Virus record (IMG/VR): IMGVR_UViG_3300043391_000122
Location: 1-34,024 of that record
From: a virus
Taxonomy: Duplodnaviria; Caudoviricetes
Length of the DNA: 34,024 nucleotides
Strand: one strand, 5' to 3'
The notes under the pieces are model-generated. The model made no database searches. It was not told the origin of the DNA and was given only the letters and a program-made list of their open reading frames with translations. This document shows positions 6,588 to 16,304 of the stretch, in pieces (positions within the stretch are counted from its first letter, which is position 1; the number at the start of each line of letters is the position of its first letter). The position numbers and the translations under genes are program-made.

Positions 6588-9500
6588 TTAGTTAATTGGG
6601 TAAACGTACGCCGTCGGTACTTGTCCAAAGGTAATTCTTGCCACTCGACTTGCCAAGTCATACTCCCAGCCAATGACTTGCAAACGTACGGTTGAAAAGC
6701 CAGTATATACTAGTTGTGTACCTATATAACCATTTCCAAACGTGTCGCCCTTGCGTCTAAATGACCCCTCCAGGCGATAGCTTAAAGCGTTGTAAATAGT
6801 CAACACATTACGCGCGTAACAATCGCGCAAACGTGGTGAATAGCCGCCTAGTAAAGCTTGGTTTTCAAACGTTATATTGGTTTGCGAATAGGTAATTGTC
6901 CCGTTGGCGTTTACTTGCAAAAGGAAAGTTGACGTTTGGTAATTATTGCCGTTTCCATCTTTTAAAAAGACTTGAATTTGAATATTTGCCTCGCCTGTAT
7001 AATCGTAGCCGTTAAAGGTTACCGTTAAATTTCTTTGTTGGCTTGAAATCGTGGTAACAACCGCGTTTAATTGAGCGCCAGGAGGCGGCGGACTGCCAGT
7101 TAAACTGCTAATTAAAACAAAGGTTGAATCAATTGTAAAACCGCTGGCCGCCACAAATTGACGCTGGTAAGTTCCAGTTACTGTGCCGCCGCTAAAGTTA
7201 AGCGTATTGGCTCCTAAAGTATCGGTCAATCTGTTTACCTGGGTAACGGCTCCGCTTGGCACTTGGATAATTCCAGGCGTTGCAGCCAAAGACTTTTCAA
7301 CAAATACAATCGCTGGCAAATCGCCTATTTTTAGCCAGTTTTTCGAGGCGGTAATTGCTAGATCGCTAAACCTTAAAGTATCGTCTCGCAAGCTGGTATA
7401 AGCTCGCGCCGTCTCGTAAATCTTTGTTACTTCGCTTGGGTTGCGCTTGCCTTCAAACGTTGGAATTATCTTGGCCGCAGTTACAACCGCGCTGCCAGTA
7501 AGTCCAAAATATTTAAGCTCAAGAGACAAAAAGCCAGCCGTTGGCAAAACAAAACTTGAAAGTTTAAACTTTCTTGTATCGTCGTTTTTAGTTGAATAAA
7601 AAACAAACGTGTTATATGCCGCGTCCCAGGCCAAAATATTTAAAGAGCCAACAATTGCCGTGCCTAAGTATCTGCTCGTTCCGTTACTATCGACGTGTTT
7701 TAACGCAATTCCTAATCCGCTAGAAGACGTCGAATAAATTATGTCAACCTCTAAATCCAAACTTAATCCAGCAAAGTCCAAGAAAATTGGCTTTGATATA
7801 ATTGGCTGGTCGGTCTCGTCGCCATTGGCCATAAATCTAATGTCCCAAGAAACGCCTTGCTCGTCATCGTAACCTGTTTGAGACGGAATATTATTTGGGA
7901 AAATTTGTATAACTGGCGAGTCAGGATCGGGCGTTATTGTCCAATCGTAAAGCTTATATGGCCCTTCTTGAAACCAACTAGATTCGTTTAAGCTTTCGCC
8001 ATTTGTAATTATGGACTGTCCTAAATCGCCCTGTTTAACGGTTAGCTTTTTAATTGGTCGCTGGTATTGCAAAAGCTGGTCGCCGCCAACGGGAATCCAC
8101 GTTGTGTTGGCCGTGTCTTGGTCGCCAATTATTTCGCTTTGCAAACTTTCAAAATAGTTAAACATTATCGCATTGGCTCCAGTATCCGCAACACCTACAA
8201 AGGTATTCTCGCCAAACGTAATTCCTCGATAAGCATTTAAACTAGGTGACGCCGTGGCGGTCCAAGTAATTGCGTCAGTTGAATAATAAATTCGATTTGC
8301 CCCTGATTCAGTTAGGCCAACAAAGTAGCCGTTTCCGTAAGTTATGCCAACGGCGTTAAAATTTATATTGGCCAAGTTCCAAGTAATTCCGTCACTTGAA
8401 TAACGATAACCAGTTGTAAATTTTCCGTTGGCAAAAAATACGGTTAATGCGTTCCAGGTTAAATTTCTTTGTGTCCAAGTAATGCCGTCGGCTGAGGTCA
8501 TAACATTTCCGCCAGTTACTCCAGCGCCACCAGTACTAACCGCAACAAAAACACCGTTTCCGTATGCCACGCTAGTAAAATCGGCATTCATTGGCGTTGT
8601 ACGACTTGTCCAAGTTATTCCGTTGGGTGAGGTCATAACGCGGTTGCCTGTTCCAGTTCTTGCGACCGCAACAAATAAACTATTTCCATAAACAACGTCT
8701 TGCCACCACAACGCAGCCGCTGGCGTTCTGCTAGTCCAATTTATGCCGTTGGTTGATGTAAATACATAAGCCGTAGGCACGCCTGGGGAGCCAACACTTG
8801 CATACCCAACGCCTACAAATAACCCATTTCCATAAGTAATAGAATCAATTTGCCAGCCTCCGCCAGGTATTGATTCCTCCCAATTAATACCGTCATAAGA
8901 ATAGGCCCTAAATGCTGAAAAGCTGGCAACAAAAATGCCGTTTCCGTAAGCAACGGTTTTATAACTATAATCAACGGTTAGATTTGTCCATTGTGTAATG
9001 GCCGTACTTGTGTTATTTGGGAAACTTTCAATTACTGACCCATCGACGTAGCTATGTACATAAATCATGGTCCCCTCAATGTTTCTAGCGATTGGTCGCT
9101 GAATTAACCAACGCCCGTTTTTTTGTAGCAAAATCCAACCAAATGTGCGACAAATTTCCAGCAAAAAATCGTAAGCGTTTATTTCTAACTCATCAAAAGT
9201 AAAGTCTTGGACAAGTAATTGCTCGCCAGCTGCCTGGTCAAATATTGACCTTGTATTGTCCATAACAAGGCCCTCGTAAAGGTCGTTACAAATCTCAATG
9301 TCCAAGTCTAACTCCAAGCGATTTAACGTCTCAAAAATCAAACTTCCAAGCTCGGTGTCTACACTTGGACCAACCAAATCAACTTCTTTAAGTTGCGCCA
9401 ATCCGTCGGTTGCCGTTACGACAACTGGGTAAGGCGGGTCTTGGAATGGTTCGCCAGTAATGTCGTTTAGTAAGTAGCCTTTAAAGACAATGTTTCCCTC

Positions 9501-9776
9501 AAATTTATGCACAACTAAAAACTCGCGGTCGGAATAGCTAAAGAAATTGCGAAAGTCTGTCGTGTCAGTTGAGTAAAAAGAAATTGTAAACGTCGTGGAC
9601 ATTATTGGCGTCGTGATGTCCTCGTTGTCTTCGCGCTCGTATTTGTGCGTCGCTGGTTGCTCGGTTGCTATTAATTCAGTGGAGGTGCCAACAAAACCGT
9701 CCTGGTAAATTTCGACCAGGTTGGAATAGTTGTCGACGTCTTTAAATGGAATCGTGTATTTTAATCCGTATGCCAT
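6588..9776 (-). CDS. Large tail tip/baseplate protein with internal beta-propeller-like repeat domain
   Basis: Follows the tape measure gene. About 7 repeats of YGNGxFVAV...SxDGIxWT in the central part. Confidence 0.8.
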   Translation of the reverse strand: MAYGLKYTIPFKDVDNYSNLVEIYQDGFVGTSTELIATEQPATHKYEREDNEDITTPIMSTTFTISFYSTDTTDFRNFFSYSDREFLVVHKFEGNIVFKGYLLNDITGEPFQDPPYPVVVTATDGLAQLKEVDLVGPSVDTELGSLIFETLNRLELDLDIEICNDLYEGLVMDNTRSIFDQAAGEQLLVQDFTFDELEINAYDFLLEICRTFGWILLQKNGRWLIQRPIARNIEGTMIYVHSYVDGSVIESFPNNTSTAITQWTNLTVDYSYKTVAYGNGIFVASFSAFRAYSYDGINWEESIPGGGWQIDSITYGNGLFVGVGYASVGSPGVPTAYVFTSTNGINWTSRTPAAALWWQDVVYGNSLFVAVARTGTGNRVMTSPNGITWTSRTTPMNADFTSVAYGNGVFVAVSTGGAGVTGGNVMTSADGITWTQRNLTWNALTVFFANGKFTTGYRYSSDGITWNLANINFNAVGITYGNGYFVGLTESGANRIYYSTDAITWTATASPSLNAYRGITFGENTFVGVADTGANAIMFNYFESLQSEIIGDQDTANTTWIPVGGDQLLQYQRPIKKLTVKQGDLGQSIITNGESLNESSWFQEGPYKLYDWTITPDPDSPVIQIFPNNIPSQTGYDDEQGVSWDIRFMANGDETDQPIISKPIFLDFAGLSLDLEVDIIYSTSSSGLGIALKHVDSNGTSRYLGTAIVGSLNILAWDAAYNTFVFYSTKNDDTRKFKLSSFVLPTAGFLSLELKYFGLTGSAVVTAAKIIPTFEGKRNPSEVTKIYETARAYTSLRDDTLRFSDLAITASKNWLKIGDLPAIVFVEKSLAATPGIIQVPSGAVTQVNRLTDTLGANTLNFSGGTVTGTYQRQFVAASGFTIDSTFVLISSLTGSPPPPGAQLNAVVTTISSQQRNLTVTFNGYDYTGEANIQIQVFLKDGNGNNYQTSTFLLQVNANGTITYSQTNITFENQALLGGYSPRLRDCYARNVLTIYNALSYRLEGSFRRKGDTFGNGYIGTQLVYTGFSTVRLQVIGWEYDLASRVARITFGQVPTAYVYPIN

Positions 9777-9779
9777 TGG

Positions 9780-11735
9780 TTAGAATTTTCTTGCCCTTGT
9801 TTTATTTGCTCTGTTTAACGTTCCAACTAAAGAGTCGCCGCTAATTGTAAAGGTAACATTTCCGCCCATCATGTTTTGCAATTTGCTTAAAGGTGCGATA
9901 ACCTCGGGATTTGTTTTGGCGCCTGAATACTCGCCAACTAGCGCAGCCGTTGGACCGCTTACAATACCTCCAGCAGCAAACGGCGTAAGGCCGCCAATGC
10001 CCATTGATTTACCGCCTTTTAACAAAGCACCAAAACCGCTTTTGGCTCCAGCAGCTTTACCAGCTGACATGACCGCGCCGCCTGTTAAAATGTTTAAAGT
10101 TATGGCCGCAGCAATTGCCGCCGCAAATCTTAAAACCATTTGTTTTAACGCATCGAAAATGCCTTGGAACGATATTTTACCAGTCTCGGCAAGTTGTCCA
10201 AGCGCTTGCCCAAATAAATCACCAACCATTAAAGCCGCATTCATGTTTTGAGCAACTAAAGAGGTTTCGTAAGCCAATTGCGCTTGTGCCGTATTGTAGG
10301 CTTGTAACCTTGCAACTGCGTCCTCAGGTATTGTAATGCCTGGCATTGTTAAAGCAATTTGTTTATTCATTGCCAAAATGCTTGCCGATGCGTTTTGAAT
10401 CATTGTTAAACGCTCGGGACTCATTTGTTTAGTTTGGTCGGTTGGTTGTCCGCCAAACGCATCCCTTTGGCCCACCTTTTCAAGTGTTGCGTTTTGATTC
10501 TTTAAAAACTCCTCGGATTCTTTTCTTAGCTGCTTAATTCTTTGCTCGTGCGCCTTTTGTCTTGCGGCCGCTTGCTTTTCAACTTCAGCCGTGTTGATTT
10601 TAGTTTGTTGCGTTGTTGTGGCCGTTGCGCTTGCTAGTAATTGCTCCGAACTTGCTTGCTCTTTTCTAAGCTTTACATAAGTTTGAAATAATGCTTTTGA
10701 ATCCTCAACGCTATGACCCAAACGGATCATTTCGTTTAAGAATTTGGTTTGAGAAGTTCCAGCCTCTAAAGTAGAAACGCTTAAAGAATCGAATTCGGTC
10801 GCAACGTCTTTAACTGTCCTAGTTAAATCGTTGGTCGAATCGTTAACCCTTAAAATATACTCCCTAGCATCGTCGCTAGATTCGGCAATTGTTTTAAACG
10901 GATTCATTAACTCAACAATTTCTCCCATATTTCTAAGGGACGAAATGACGTTGTTAAGGTCCTTTACAAACCAGTTAATAAAGCCGCTAGACGAGTCTCC
11001 AATGTTTTTAAATAGCTGGGTTATATTATCCTCTAAGTTTGAAATGGCGCCGCCAGTAGTCTTGGAAATCGCTTCCATTGATCCAGCAACTCCCTCCAAG
11101 TTTCCAAGGCTTAACAAATATTCTTGTATTGCCTTATCAGATTTAGCAACCTCGGTTGTTATTCCTTTAAATGTAAATTGGACAACGTCGCCCTGGGCCG
11201 ATGCTTTAACTCCAAACTCTTTTAAACGTTCAAATTCGCCAGTTTGCGCGTCCAAAATTGCCTCTGTTAATTGGTCAAATGATTTACCAACCGAGCTTGC
11301 AAGGTCGCCCATTTGACGCATTTGCTCCATTGTTGGAACAAAACCGCGATTGGCTAATTTTACAAATGAGTCGGTTAATTCGTCAACTTGAAAAGGCGTT
11401 GTACTTGCAAAATCTACAATTTGATCCATTGCCGCCTTGGCGGCTGAATTACTACCTAAAGCCGTAGTTAGTACGGCCTCCATCTTTTGGAATTCAACGG
11501 TAGTGTCAAGAATTGCCTTGCCAAAAGAAATAAGCTGGTCAACTGCAAAAACGCTGGCCAAAGTTTTACCAACGTCCGAAAAAGCGCCCGACATTTTTTT
11601 AGTCGATGCAATCGATTCATCGTTGGATTTTGTAACGCTTTTGCTTATTCCGTCAACCTCCGATTTTAACTCGGACATTGCTTTATTAAAATCCTTTAAT
11701 TGCGCGACAATGTCAACGTTTAATTTTGCGCTCAT
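9780..11735 (-). CDS. Tail tape measure protein
   Basis: Ala/Gln-rich helical sequence with a tape-measure domain (FASTTPFQV...QMGDLAS) and C-terminal FAAGGIVSGPT...GE motif, downstream of the chaperones. Confidence 0.92.
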   Translation of the reverse strand: MSAKLNVDIVAQLKDFNKAMSELKSEVDGISKSVTKSNDESIASTKKMSGAFSDVGKTLASVFAVDQLISFGKAILDTTVEFQKMEAVLTTALGSNSAAKAAMDQIVDFASTTPFQVDELTDSFVKLANRGFVPTMEQMRQMGDLASSVGKSFDQLTEAILDAQTGEFERLKEFGVKASAQGDVVQFTFKGITTEVAKSDKAIQEYLLSLGNLEGVAGSMEAISKTTGGAISNLEDNITQLFKNIGDSSSGFINWFVKDLNNVISSLRNMGEIVELMNPFKTIAESSDDAREYILRVNDSTNDLTRTVKDVATEFDSLSVSTLEAGTSQTKFLNEMIRLGHSVEDSKALFQTYVKLRKEQASSEQLLASATATTTQQTKINTAEVEKQAAARQKAHEQRIKQLRKESEEFLKNQNATLEKVGQRDAFGGQPTDQTKQMSPERLTMIQNASASILAMNKQIALTMPGITIPEDAVARLQAYNTAQAQLAYETSLVAQNMNAALMVGDLFGQALGQLAETGKISFQGIFDALKQMVLRFAAAIAAAITLNILTGGAVMSAGKAAGAKSGFGALLKGGKSMGIGGLTPFAAGGIVSGPTAALVGEYSGAKTNPEVIAPLSKLQNMMGGNVTFTISGDSLVGTLNRANKTRARKF

Positions 11736-12093
11736 TGTATTTTGTTTGTTGTGGTGTCGAAAATGGCTTCTTCTTCAAATTTAAGGTTTTGCCATTTAAG
11801 TCCAATTTCATAGGCTTTTGCCTTTTCTTCAGCGGTTGGAATTACTATTGGCTTGGCATCTAGTAAAGGGATGCGCCAGTACTTATCAGGCTTTCTAATT
11901 AAATCCCCTTTCTTAGTAACATTAACGTTGTTTAATTGCACCCAAATAGTCCTAAATAAATTCTCCTCTTTGCTTTGCCTCATTTGGTAACCGTATGCAA
12001 TGGATTGGTACTCGGCAAAAGACATAAAATAAAAAGAGTCAGGCGCAATGCCTAACTCTCCAATTGCGTAATGCAAAATATCGTTAAAAGTTA
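11732..12093 (-). CDS. Tail assembly chaperone C-terminal extension (gpT-like), probably reached by -1 frameshift
   Basis: Only a TTG start in the track. The frame is open from the A10 run at 12094-12103 (ITFNDILHYAIGELG...). Confidence 0.75.
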
Positions 12094-12459
12094 TTTTTTT
12101 TTTGACCCTGTAGCCTCTTCGCTTGGGTAATCGACCTTAGTAATTGAGCTTATCCCATGCATAATAACAACCATCACTTTACTAATTTCGTCGGTTGCAT
12201 TTGAGTCCACCCAGTCAATGACATCGTCAAAGGTTAAAGTAAATTCTTTTTCCTTGTAAATCGCATCGACGTACAAAGCCGCAAAAATAAACTTAGCAAT
12301 TGATTTAATTTGACCAACGCCTGGCTTGGTTAAAGCCTCGATTGTTTCTTGGACATCGTAGCCAAGACCCTCGCTAAAATGCAACAAAGCACCCATCCCA
12401 AATTTAACAGGATAGGTGCCGCCATTAATTGTAATAATTGTTCTGCCTGTGTGATTCAT
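12091..12459 (-). CDS. Tail assembly chaperone (gpG-like)
   Basis: Lies between tail tube and tape measure genes and ends TCA AAA AAA AAA TAA. Confidence 0.82.
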   Translation of the reverse strand: MNHTGRTIITINGGTYPVKFGMGALLHFSEGLGYDVQETIEALTKPGVGQIKSIAKFIFAALYVDAIYKEKEFTLTFDDVIDWVDSNATDEISKVMVVIMHGISSITKVDYPSEEATGSKKK

Positions 12460-12478
12460 AGGCGAAATATAATACTAA

Positions 12479-12901
12479 TTAAGTTGATGCTGGTACTACG
12501 GTTGCTTTTAGTAAAGGACCTTTTCCAGTAAATTCTACGGAATAAGTAACCGCGGCCTCCATTTCAGCTGAAACGCTGATTGATGCAACGCTAGCGTTTC
12601 CATAAAATACAAGGTCTCCAGTTACGTTGGTGGTGAATTTCAACGCAACAACAGTACGACCGCTCAATAAAGTGTAAATGTCGCCTACGTTGTTTGTGTC
12701 GTCAAATGCAACTAATCCGTCAGTTGAAACGGACCAATCGCGAAGACCAGCGATATGGTCGGCCCATCCGCCATCGTCTTTACAAGTTGCATCCGCAAGG
12801 TCAACGTTTACGGATAATTCAGAGGAGGTTGCGCATCCAATCATAACGTTGTTGAGGTAAACGTTTAAAAGGGTGCCATTAAATTTGCCAGCAGTTGCCA
12901 T
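12479..12901 (-). CDS. Major tail tube protein
   Basis: TP901-1-like tube motifs (DATCKDDGGW, GLRDWSVSTDG, YSVEFTGKG), upstream of the chaperone gene. Confidence 0.88.
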   Translation of the reverse strand: MATAGKFNGTLLNVYLNNVMIGCATSSELSVNVDLADATCKDDGGWADHIAGLRDWSVSTDGLVAFDDTNNVGDIYTLLSGRTVVALKFTTNVTGDLVFYGNASVASISVSAEMEAAVTYSVEFTGKGPLLKATVVPAST

Positions 12902-12972
12902 ATTTGTGTAAGGTTAAATTCTAATTTTTTTTAAAAATAAAAGGACTTTGAATAATTGCAAAACAATAAATT

Positions 12973-13437
12973 TTAAGTGTAGACCAAAAAGTTGCCGTCT
13001 TGGTCAATTATAATTTCAAATAATTCGTCAATAATAAACCGCTCGGCTGGTAAAATTGTCGGATAAAGTCCGCCAACACCTTTAAAGCTTGCGGAAATTG
13101 TTGCAACGTTTTCCATAGGCGCCGACTGGCTTATTGACTCAATCATTGCCAAACCGATAAAGGTTAAATTATCGTCTTGGCCAGCTGACAAATAAACGCG
13201 TTCACGATTGACGTAAGCGTTAAATAAATCGGCAAAAGAAAAGCCGTCTTGAATGTATAAGGACTCGCTAGATAAGGACCAGGATGCAAGTCTTGAAATA
13301 TGATCTGCAAAATATCCCGATTCGTTGCTTGTCTTATCAAGTTGTCCCATTTCAGCGGACAACTCGTAACTGGTTGACTTGGCAACCCTGTTAAGTCCAA
13401 CGGTTACAAATAAAGAGGAGCCGTTTACCTTAGCCAT
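12973..13437 (-). CDS. Second tail-tube-like protein
   Basis: Aligns by eye with 12479-12901 (KxNG, ADHI..L..WS, FxGxG), plus an acidic C-terminal extension. Confidence 0.75.
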   Translation of the reverse strand: MAKVNGSSLFVTVGLNRVAKSTSYELSAEMGQLDKTSNESGYFADHISRLASWSLSSESLYIQDGFSFADLFNAYVNRERVYLSAGQDDNLTFIGLAMIESISQSAPMENVATISASFKGVGGLYPTILPAERFIIDELFEIIIDQDGNFLVYT

Positions 13438-13855
13438 TTATCCAGTTCTCAATTGTCATTATTTCCCGATGCACAATGTTTGTATCGGTAATACTTGAAA
13501 GGCTAGTTTGTTGCACAAGCTTTGCAGTTACAATTTTGCCAACCTGGAGCGCCAAATAATTCTCCGGGTAAAGGCAAACGATTTGTAAAATAGAGTCGGC
13601 GATTAGATCAGCGTCAATGCGTCCGTATGGGGCAAGTTTAGCCGTTACAACGTCCAAAGTTATCGTGGTAATGTAATTATATTCTTGGTTGTCTTTGTCG
13701 TCTTCCTGGGTCTGATTTCCAATTAAAATATAAGGGAATTGTGCGTTGTCAGGCGCAAAAGTATCGTAACAAGGGACTGGTAAACCATTATAATTAATCG
13801 TATTATTTAAGGCCGTCCAATAAGCCTTGCGAATAAATGGTTTTATATTTCTCAT
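13430..13855 (-). CDS. Tail completion/terminator protein (DUF3168-like)
   Basis: YD..P....FPYI.IG motif and position before the tail tube genes. Confidence 0.75.
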   Translation of the reverse strand: MRNIKPFIRKAYWTALNNTINYNGLPVPCYDTFAPDNAQFPYILIGNQTQEDDKDNQEYNYITTITLDVVTAKLAPYGRIDADLIADSILQIVCLYPENYLALQVGKIVTAKLVQQTSLSSITDTNIVHREIMTIENWING

Positions 13856-14295
13856 TTTTCAAGTAATTTTTTTAAGGTGCGCTCAATGTTTTTTGGTAAT
13901 TCCGTCCGTTGTTTAAAAACCTCAGGATAAAAAAACGGTCTTGCTGGTAAATTAACTTCTTTAACTCCATCGCCTTTGTATTGGGCCGCAAAATCGCTTA
14001 ACTCGCTTGGTACTTTGACCCTGGTACCAGTTCCAAACTCAACATAAGGCGCGTAAGTTGCGCCAACCTCAACGCCTCCAGTTATTTGGTTTTTACTTAC
14101 TTTAATTGGCATTGATTGAATGCTATTTTTTAGCGCGCCAGTATCAACGGCCACCTTGTTTGCCGCTTCGCTTTCAATTGCCAGCATAGAATCCTCCACC
14201 TCTGCCCGTACATAGTCGGCAACGTCGTCCTCTAAGTTTTTTAAATACTTATAAAAGGCGTTTAGGCTTTGCTTGTTAAATTCAATACTTAACAT
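13852..14295 (-). CDS. HK97 gp10-like neck protein
   Basis: VDTGALKNSI, YAPYVEFGT and PARPFFYP motifs. Confidence 0.88.
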   Translation of the reverse strand: MLSIEFNKQSLNAFYKYLKNLEDDVADYVRAEVEDSMLAIESEAANKVAVDTGALKNSIQSMPIKVSKNQITGGVEVGATYAPYVEFGTGTRVKVPSELSDFAAQYKGDGVKEVNLPARPFFYPEVFKQRTELPKNIERTLKKLLEK

Positions 14296-14649
14296 TTACA
14301 ATCGTTCGGTTGCAATAATTTTTAGCATTCTGTCGTATTCCTCAAGATCGTTTATTTCGCTTATTACAAAAGTCCTTTGGTTGTAAATAATATGCATGGA
14401 TTTTGTAACAGGCGCCAGCTCGTTTTTCCTTATTAGGATTTCCCATTGGTTTTTAATAACCATTTGGTCCTCGCTATTTTGACGCGCACCGCTAAGATTT
14501 GTAACCTTTGCCCAACAAATATAAGTCACGCTCATACGGGAATAAAAACCGCCGTAACCGTCCCCAAATAAATTTGGATTTAGGAATTGGATGCGCTCGC
14601 GTAAATCGCCAGCCTTAATTTGTTTATTAGTCCTCACGCTCCAAACCAA
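14296..14649 (-). CDS. Head closure / head-tail joining protein (SPP1 gp16-like)
   Basis: GDLRERI...DGYGG...WAKV pattern. The true start may be GTG 14637. Confidence 0.82.
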   Translation of the reverse strand: MVWSVRTNKQIKAGDLRERIQFLNPNLFGDGYGGFYSRMSVTYICWAKVTNLSGARQNSEDQMVIKNQWEILIRKNELAPVTKSMHIIYNQRTFVISEINDLEEYDRMLKIIATERL

Positions 14650-15224
14650 TTATAAGTTTTATAAGGCATTAAGATTGCCTTAACTCCCAAAGGCGATGGA
14701 ATAGCCTGTAAATCGCTAAAGTCTTCGCGTCTTTCATACAAGGTATTAACCATCATTTTAACGGCAAGCTTTATGTCGTCGGGAACCGTTGTAAATCCAG
14801 CGACATAAACCATTTTAAATTTATAAGATTGGGCTCCGCCTATAATGTTAATCTTTGGAAATAGCCCAACGTTTAGCTGGTAATTTAAAGCCGTTTCAGC
14901 ATTGTTTTGATCTAGCGTTACAACCTTAGTAACATCGTTGGCCGCAATTAAAGGACCGTAAGGAATTTGCCATTGATATGGAAATCCAAACGATTCAATC
15001 GTTACTGTCTTGCGAATAATTGCCTTACCCATGTATGCCTCGCAATGTAGGCGCGCCACTTTTATTAGGCTAGTAATTAAAGTGTCCTCGGCAGCTCCGT
15101 CGATTCTAGCGTATTCTTTAGCCTCTGCCAATGTAATTGGCTCGGTAACTGGCGCCACATCTGCAAACTGTATGGAATATCCTGTAAAGGACGAATTACT
15201 TGGCGTATATAGTAAATCACTCAT
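14634..15224 (-). CDS. Head-tail connector protein (HK97 gp6-like)
   Basis: EPITLAEAKEYARID...EDTLITSLI and VPDDIKLAV...YERRE motifs. Start taken at ATG 15224 (MSDLLY). Confidence 0.88.
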   Translation of the reverse strand: MSDLLYTPSNSSFTGYSIQFADVAPVTEPITLAEAKEYARIDGAAEDTLITSLIKVARLHCEAYMGKAIIRKTVTIESFGFPYQWQIPYGPLIAANDVTKVVTLDQNNAETALNYQLNVGLFPKINIIGGAQSYKFKMVYVAGFTTVPDDIKLAVKMMVNTLYERREDFSDLQAIPSPLGVKAILMPYKTYNWFGA

Positions 15225-16203
15225 TGTATTGTTTTTTTGCTTTGTCAACGATAAAAGTATAAAATCTTTCTAGTTCTTGGTCTTGGTATTTTAGCCGTTC
15301 CTCTGCAAGGTTGCGCATTATGTTTTGGTGAAAGTCGTATAAAATTTCGTCGCTCATTAATTCCTCAATCTTTGCGGCCATGCCGTCTAAGTCGTCACGA
15401 TCAAAGTAAAGACCAGCAGCGCCAAGACATTCTTTTAAGCCGTCCGTAGGCGTGCAAATAACTGGCAACCGATTAATGGCCGCCTCCAAACCAACGCGTC
15501 CGTATGACTCGTAAAATGACGGCACAAGCACAATGTTTGTTTTGCCGTAGATTAAATGCACGTCAGGCGTTTGGGCCACATACTTTAAATTCTTTAGCGT
15601 ATCGTCAATGATTTGCTCGCCATAGCTTCCAAGCACGCCAAGAAATTTGCGTTTAGGCAATCGCCTGGCAAGTTCAATTAATATATGACCGCCCTTATTT
15701 TCGTTGCAATTAATAAGGGTAATGTATTGGCCGTGCTTTCGATTGTACTTTACATCCTCGGGAAAAATTGGCGGCTTGCAAACAATCGAGTCGTTAGGGT
15801 AAGGCCCGTTTTGTACGTTCTTTTCGTTTGCCTTGTTGTTGTATACAACGTGAATATTTTGCGCTTTAAACCTTACGTTTCTATAATCTGAATCGTTGTG
15901 GCTTAAAAAAATCAATTGCTTTTTAAATTGCCTTGCCCAATTAATTGCAACGCCTGTGTTATCTAAATGGGTAAATATTACGCTTGCATTTTGTAAGGCA
16001 AGAAAAAAGTCGTTTGAATAGTAACCAGTTATAAATTTTATAAATGCAAACTTTTCGCCGTCGGGATAAATTTGGCTTTCGGGCAAAATAACTTCAATAC
16101 TGCATCCTTTTTCGTTAAAATATTTGGCGTAATGCTGAACGGTCCACTCGGCACCTGAATTATGCGTTCCCGCCCAGGCGTGTACAAAAAAAACGATATT
16201 CAT
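15217..16203 (-). CDS. Glycosyltransferase, GT-B fold (GT4-like)
   Basis: N-terminal GAE loop, NKG, and VPS..ESYGRVGLEA (E-x7-E) followed by PVI. Confidence 0.88.
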   Translation of the reverse strand: MNIVFFVHAWAGTHNSGAEWTVQHYAKYFNEKGCSIEVILPESQIYPDGEKFAFIKFITGYYSNDFFLALQNASVIFTHLDNTGVAINWARQFKKQLIFLSHNDSDYRNVRFKAQNIHVVYNNKANEKNVQNGPYPNDSIVCKPPIFPEDVKYNRKHGQYITLINCNENKGGHILIELARRLPKRKFLGVLGSYGEQIIDDTLKNLKYVAQTPDVHLIYGKTNIVLVPSFYESYGRVGLEAAINRLPVICTPTDGLKECLGAAGLYFDRDDLDGMAAKIEELMSDEILYDFHQNIMRNLAEERLKYQDQELERFYTFIVDKAKKQYNE

Positions 16204-16251
16204 GCTTTTTTATATTTGATTTCGTTTAAAGGTATTGATTTATAGATAAAT

Positions 16252-16284
16252 AAAAAAAGGCCGCCAATATTTGGCGACCCTTTT
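16252..16284 (-). terminator. Rho-independent terminator after major capsid gene
   Basis: GGTCGCCAA-ata-TTGGCGGCC followed by T7 on the minus strand. Confidence 0.85.
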
Positions 16285-16304
16285 ATAAACAAACACCTAT
16301 TTAC

